A stretch of DNA of 64,000 nt, the filler included, from Perkinsus olseni (lineage: Eukaryota), in NCBI GenBank assembly GCA_013115125.1. It is 5 parts of 5 records of this genome, joined end to end, with 100 filler letters (N's around TTAATTAATTAA, not from the genome) between each part and the next. Parts side by side here need not be neighbours in the genome. Positions count along the whole stretch, not along the records: positions 53,086 to 64,000 come from JABANN010000853.1; 4 more parts are not named here. One strand, written 5' to 3'. Each line of letters starts with the position of its first letter. The stretch's first letter is position 1. The position numbers and the translations under genes were made by a program. The notes beneath the pieces are model-generated. The model made no database searches. It was not told the origin of the DNA and saw nothing but the letters and a program-made list of their open reading frames with translations. Shown piece by piece: positions 61,169 to 64,000 of the stretch.

Positions 61169-62536
61169 CTAGAACTCATCACCATAGCCACCTTCTCCCT
61201 CATCCTCGAACTCGCCCTCAGCAGTCTCAATACCGACTTCCTCATAGTCCTTCTCGAGGGCAGCCAAATCCTCTCTCGCTTCAGAGAACTCGCCCTCCTC
61301 CATGCCCTCGCCGACATACCAGTGGACAAAGGCACGCTTGGCATACATCAGGTCGAACTTGTGATCAATGCGAGAGAAGACCTCGGCGACGGCAGTTGAA
61401 TTAGAAATCATACAGACCGCGCGCATGACCTTGGCCAGATCACCGCCAGGAACCACCGTCGGGGGCTGATAGTTGATACCGCACTTGAAGCCAGTAGGCG
61501 ACCAGTCGACGAACTGGATCGTTCTCTTAGTCTTGATAGTAGCAACAGCGGCATTGACATCCTTCGGGACGACATCTCCGCGGTACATCAGACAGCAGGC
61601 CATGTACTTGCCATGACGAGGGTCACACTTGACCATCATCGAGGAGGGCTCGAAGACCGAGTTGGTGATCTCTGCGACCGACAGCTGCTCGTGGTAAGCC
61701 TTCTCAGCAGAAATAATAGGAGCATAGGAACTCAGCATGAAGTGAATGCGAGGGTACGGCACTAGGTTGGTTTGGAACTCGGTAACGTCCACATTGAGGG
61801 CACCATCGAAGCGAAGGGAGGCTGTCAAGGAGCTGATACACTGCGCGATCAGTCTGTTCAGGTTGGTGTAGGTCGGTCTCTCAATGTCGAGATTGCGACG
61901 ACAGATGTCGTAGAGAGCCTCGTTGTCCAGCTGACAAGTGACGTCGGTGTGCTCAAGCAAGGAGTGGACGCAAAGGACGGTGTTGTAGGGCTCAACGACG
62001 GAAGTCGATACCTGAGGGCACGGCCAAATGGTGAACGATAACTTCGACTTCTTGCCGTAGTCGACACTGAGACGCTCAAGGATAAGGCAGCCCATACCGG
62101 AGCCAGTGCCGCCGCCACAAGCGTTGAAGACCAGGAAGCCTTGTAGGCCAGTGCAGTTATCAGCAAGCTTGCGGATGCGATCCAAGCAGAGGTCGACGAT
62201 CTCCTTACCGATAGTGTAGTGGCCTCGAGCGAAGTTATTGGCGGCATCCTCTTTACCAGTGATGAGCTGTTCTGGGTGGAATAGCTGACGGTACGTACCA
62301 GTACGAATCTCATCAACAACGTTGGGCTCCAGGTCGACGAAGACACACCTCGGGACGAACTTGCCGGCGCCGGTCTCCGAGAAGAAGGTGCTGAAGGCGT
62401 CATCACCGTCCAAGGTCTTATCAGAAGCGAGAGTGCCGTCAGGACCGATGCCGTGCTCCAGGCAGAAGAGCTCCCAACACGCGTTGCCGACTTGTATGCC
62501 ACCCTGACCAACGTTGATGCAGATAACCTCACGCAT
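61169..62536 (-). CDS. TUBA: Alpha-tubulin, intronless, somewhat divergent
   Basis: [36 protein letters not shown] and the C-terminus GYGDEF; 455 aa. Confidence 0.99.
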   Translation of the reverse strand: MREVICINVGQGGIQVGNACWELFCLEHGIGPDGTLASDKTLDGDDAFSTFFSETGAGKFVPRCVFVDLEPNVVDEIRTGTYRQLFHPEQLITGKEDAANNFARGHYTIGKEIVDLCLDRIRKLADNCTGLQGFLVFNACGGGTGSGMGCLILERLSVDYGKKSKLSFTIWPCPQVSTSVVEPYNTVLCVHSLLEHTDVTCQLDNEALYDICRRNLDIERPTYTNLNRLIAQCISSLTASLRFDGALNVDVTEFQTNLVPYPRIHFMLSSYAPIISAEKAYHEQLSVAEITNSVFEPSSMMVKCDPRHGKYMACCLMYRGDVVPKDVNAAVATIKTKRTIQFVDWSPTGFKCGINYQPPTVVPGGDLAKVMRAVCMISNSTAVAEVFSRIDHKFDLMYAKRAFVHWYVGEGMEEGEFSEAREDLAALEKDYEEVGIETAEGEFEDEGEGGYGDEF

Positions 62537-62576
62537 GGTTACGACTTAGAAGCGATGAGAATCAACGCAAAGAGTT

Positions 62577-62590
62577 CTGAAGGAAAACGG
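62577..62590 (-). promoter_or_regulatory. Putative trans-splice acceptor for alpha-tubulin
   Basis: Minus strand CCGTTTTCCTTCAG ends 40 nt upstream of the ATG. Confidence 0.45.
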
Positions 62591-62846
62591 TGAGCGGTCC
62601 CCCCAGGGCGACCCATGAACATAGAGCAACACTCCCGCACTCTACGTACTCATTAAAGTCCTCACATCATCAACAGCAGCCATCCTTACCTTAATACCCG
62701 ACATTGCGACCTTTCGGGGGGCTTAGCTCTTCCAGCCGTTTCGCCCAAAAATATTTTAGGGCGAGCGAGATTTAAAGACGCGTTGCGGTCCGTCGATCTC
62801 CAGCGCACTTCCCACACCCTCGGGTCGAGAGGATGCTTCATACCCT

Positions 62847-64000
62847 TTGTCCGTACCAACTCTGCCTCCTCAAAACCAAGGAGTTCACGGTGGAAACAAC
62901 GCTGAAGTCGTATCAACCGCTGGGCTGTCGGTGTTCGTTCGAACCGACACTGATGATGACCTTTTCGCAAGGGCATCTACAAAGAGCTTTATTGCCTTCA
63001 TGTCTTTCGTGACTCAACCGTCCATGCCTTCAATGACCACCACTCGAAGGGGGTCCTTTGCCGTCCCGTCAGTAGTACACAGACCCAACAGTAACAACCT
63101 GCGTACCCTTGCCAAGTGAGACCTTACGGACGCAACCCGAAGGTCACTACGAACCTCCCTTCAGAAGTTACTCCCTGGCCGCCCGACTGAAGTCGCTGAA
63201 CAGGTCACTAAAGTAGTAGCACCATGAAACGCGGTGAACGCGACATTGACGCATCCCTTTAGGTGGAGGGAACGAGGACGAGGGGATAAGTCCAATGACT
63301 CGGGGGAACTCAATGTGAGTTTACCAACAATCTCATCGACACGGACCCTTCCCGTTCCAGTTAAGAGTACCCGAGCTGAGGAAAGACTGGTCGGTAGCGA
63401 AGAGAGGGCTCTGGATTGTGAGCGAGGAACCATCCTCATTCCATTCAGGGCCGCCAGAAGTGTTCGCAGTTTCGCTGACACCTTTACCGTGTGCCAGGGA
63501 AGACACGTCCCTGGCGGGACGATGGTCAATCAGAAAACGGGTGAGTAGAGCATTCGGGAGACTGCTGATCCGTGGTCTTGGCATAATTCGGGTGCAGACT
63601 GAGAGGCATCGATCGGGCGCTCGTTCACGCTGATGGTTTTCGTCAAGATTACGGTCGTGAGGGGGAAGCAGTATCGTCTTATTCGCAATGCTACCTTCAG
63701 TGCGTGTCTCATCTCGATGTTGCTACGGCTGCCTTGTGAATGACCTCAGGTACGATGATGTCCTGGAATGCGCGATGGTCTGTGGGCCCCTCTTCTACAC
63801 ACAGATGTCGCTTCTGATCACCCTTTGAACCAGTCGACACCATAGATCCCTTCACCATTTATACAACACTAGTATGCAACTTATTGGAGGAAATATTATT
63901 CCAACAGGAAAGGAATAAGCAGAACAGTACATTACTAGCAGTAGCTAAGGATAAGGGACACCCTGTGTCCAGCACATCCTACAGCACACAGCAATTGGGC
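62847..64000 (+). CDS. Probable multi-exon hypothetical gene, partial
   Basis: Consecutive plus-strand frames ending at GTGAG donors (about 63116 and 63541) with AG acceptors downstream. No confident domain call. Confidence 0.35.

Overview
Eukaryotic protist DNA, most consistent with an alveolate of the Perkinsus type. The basis for this inference is EFL rather than EF-1alpha, an alpha-tubulin ending GYGDEF, short GT-AG introns and lineage-style secreted-protein families. The window is not one locus. Five separate contigs are joined by artificial 100-nt linkers (44 N + TTAATTAATTAA + 44 N) at 13233-13332, 26488-26587, 39742-39841 and 52986-53085. Contig 1: 5' part of a Thr-rich mucin gene plus scrambled remnants of an RNase H-bearing non-LTR retrotransposon. 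Contig 2: LTR-retrotransposon gag/protease fragments, two frameshifted secreted-protein genes (one with a KKRR-containing 23-aa tandem repeat), a fold-back/MITE-like element, tRNA-Thr(AGT) and tRNA remnants. Contig 3: an intronless glycosyltransferase-like gene in mostly degenerate DNA. Contig 4: intron-rich genes (mannose-1-phosphate guanylyltransferase, a 3xRRM protein, a CCCH zinc-finger/IRE1-like pseudokinase). Contig 5: a compact cluster of EFL, a GT61-like gene, an HSP20-like gene and head-to-tail intronless alpha- and beta-tubulin. No CRISPR, rRNA or spliced-leader RNA gene was recognised. The best leads are the CCCH-pseudokinase fusion, the secreted repeated-NLS protein, the tightly linked alpha/beta tubulin pair and an apparent excess of perfect palindromes with 1-nt spacers.
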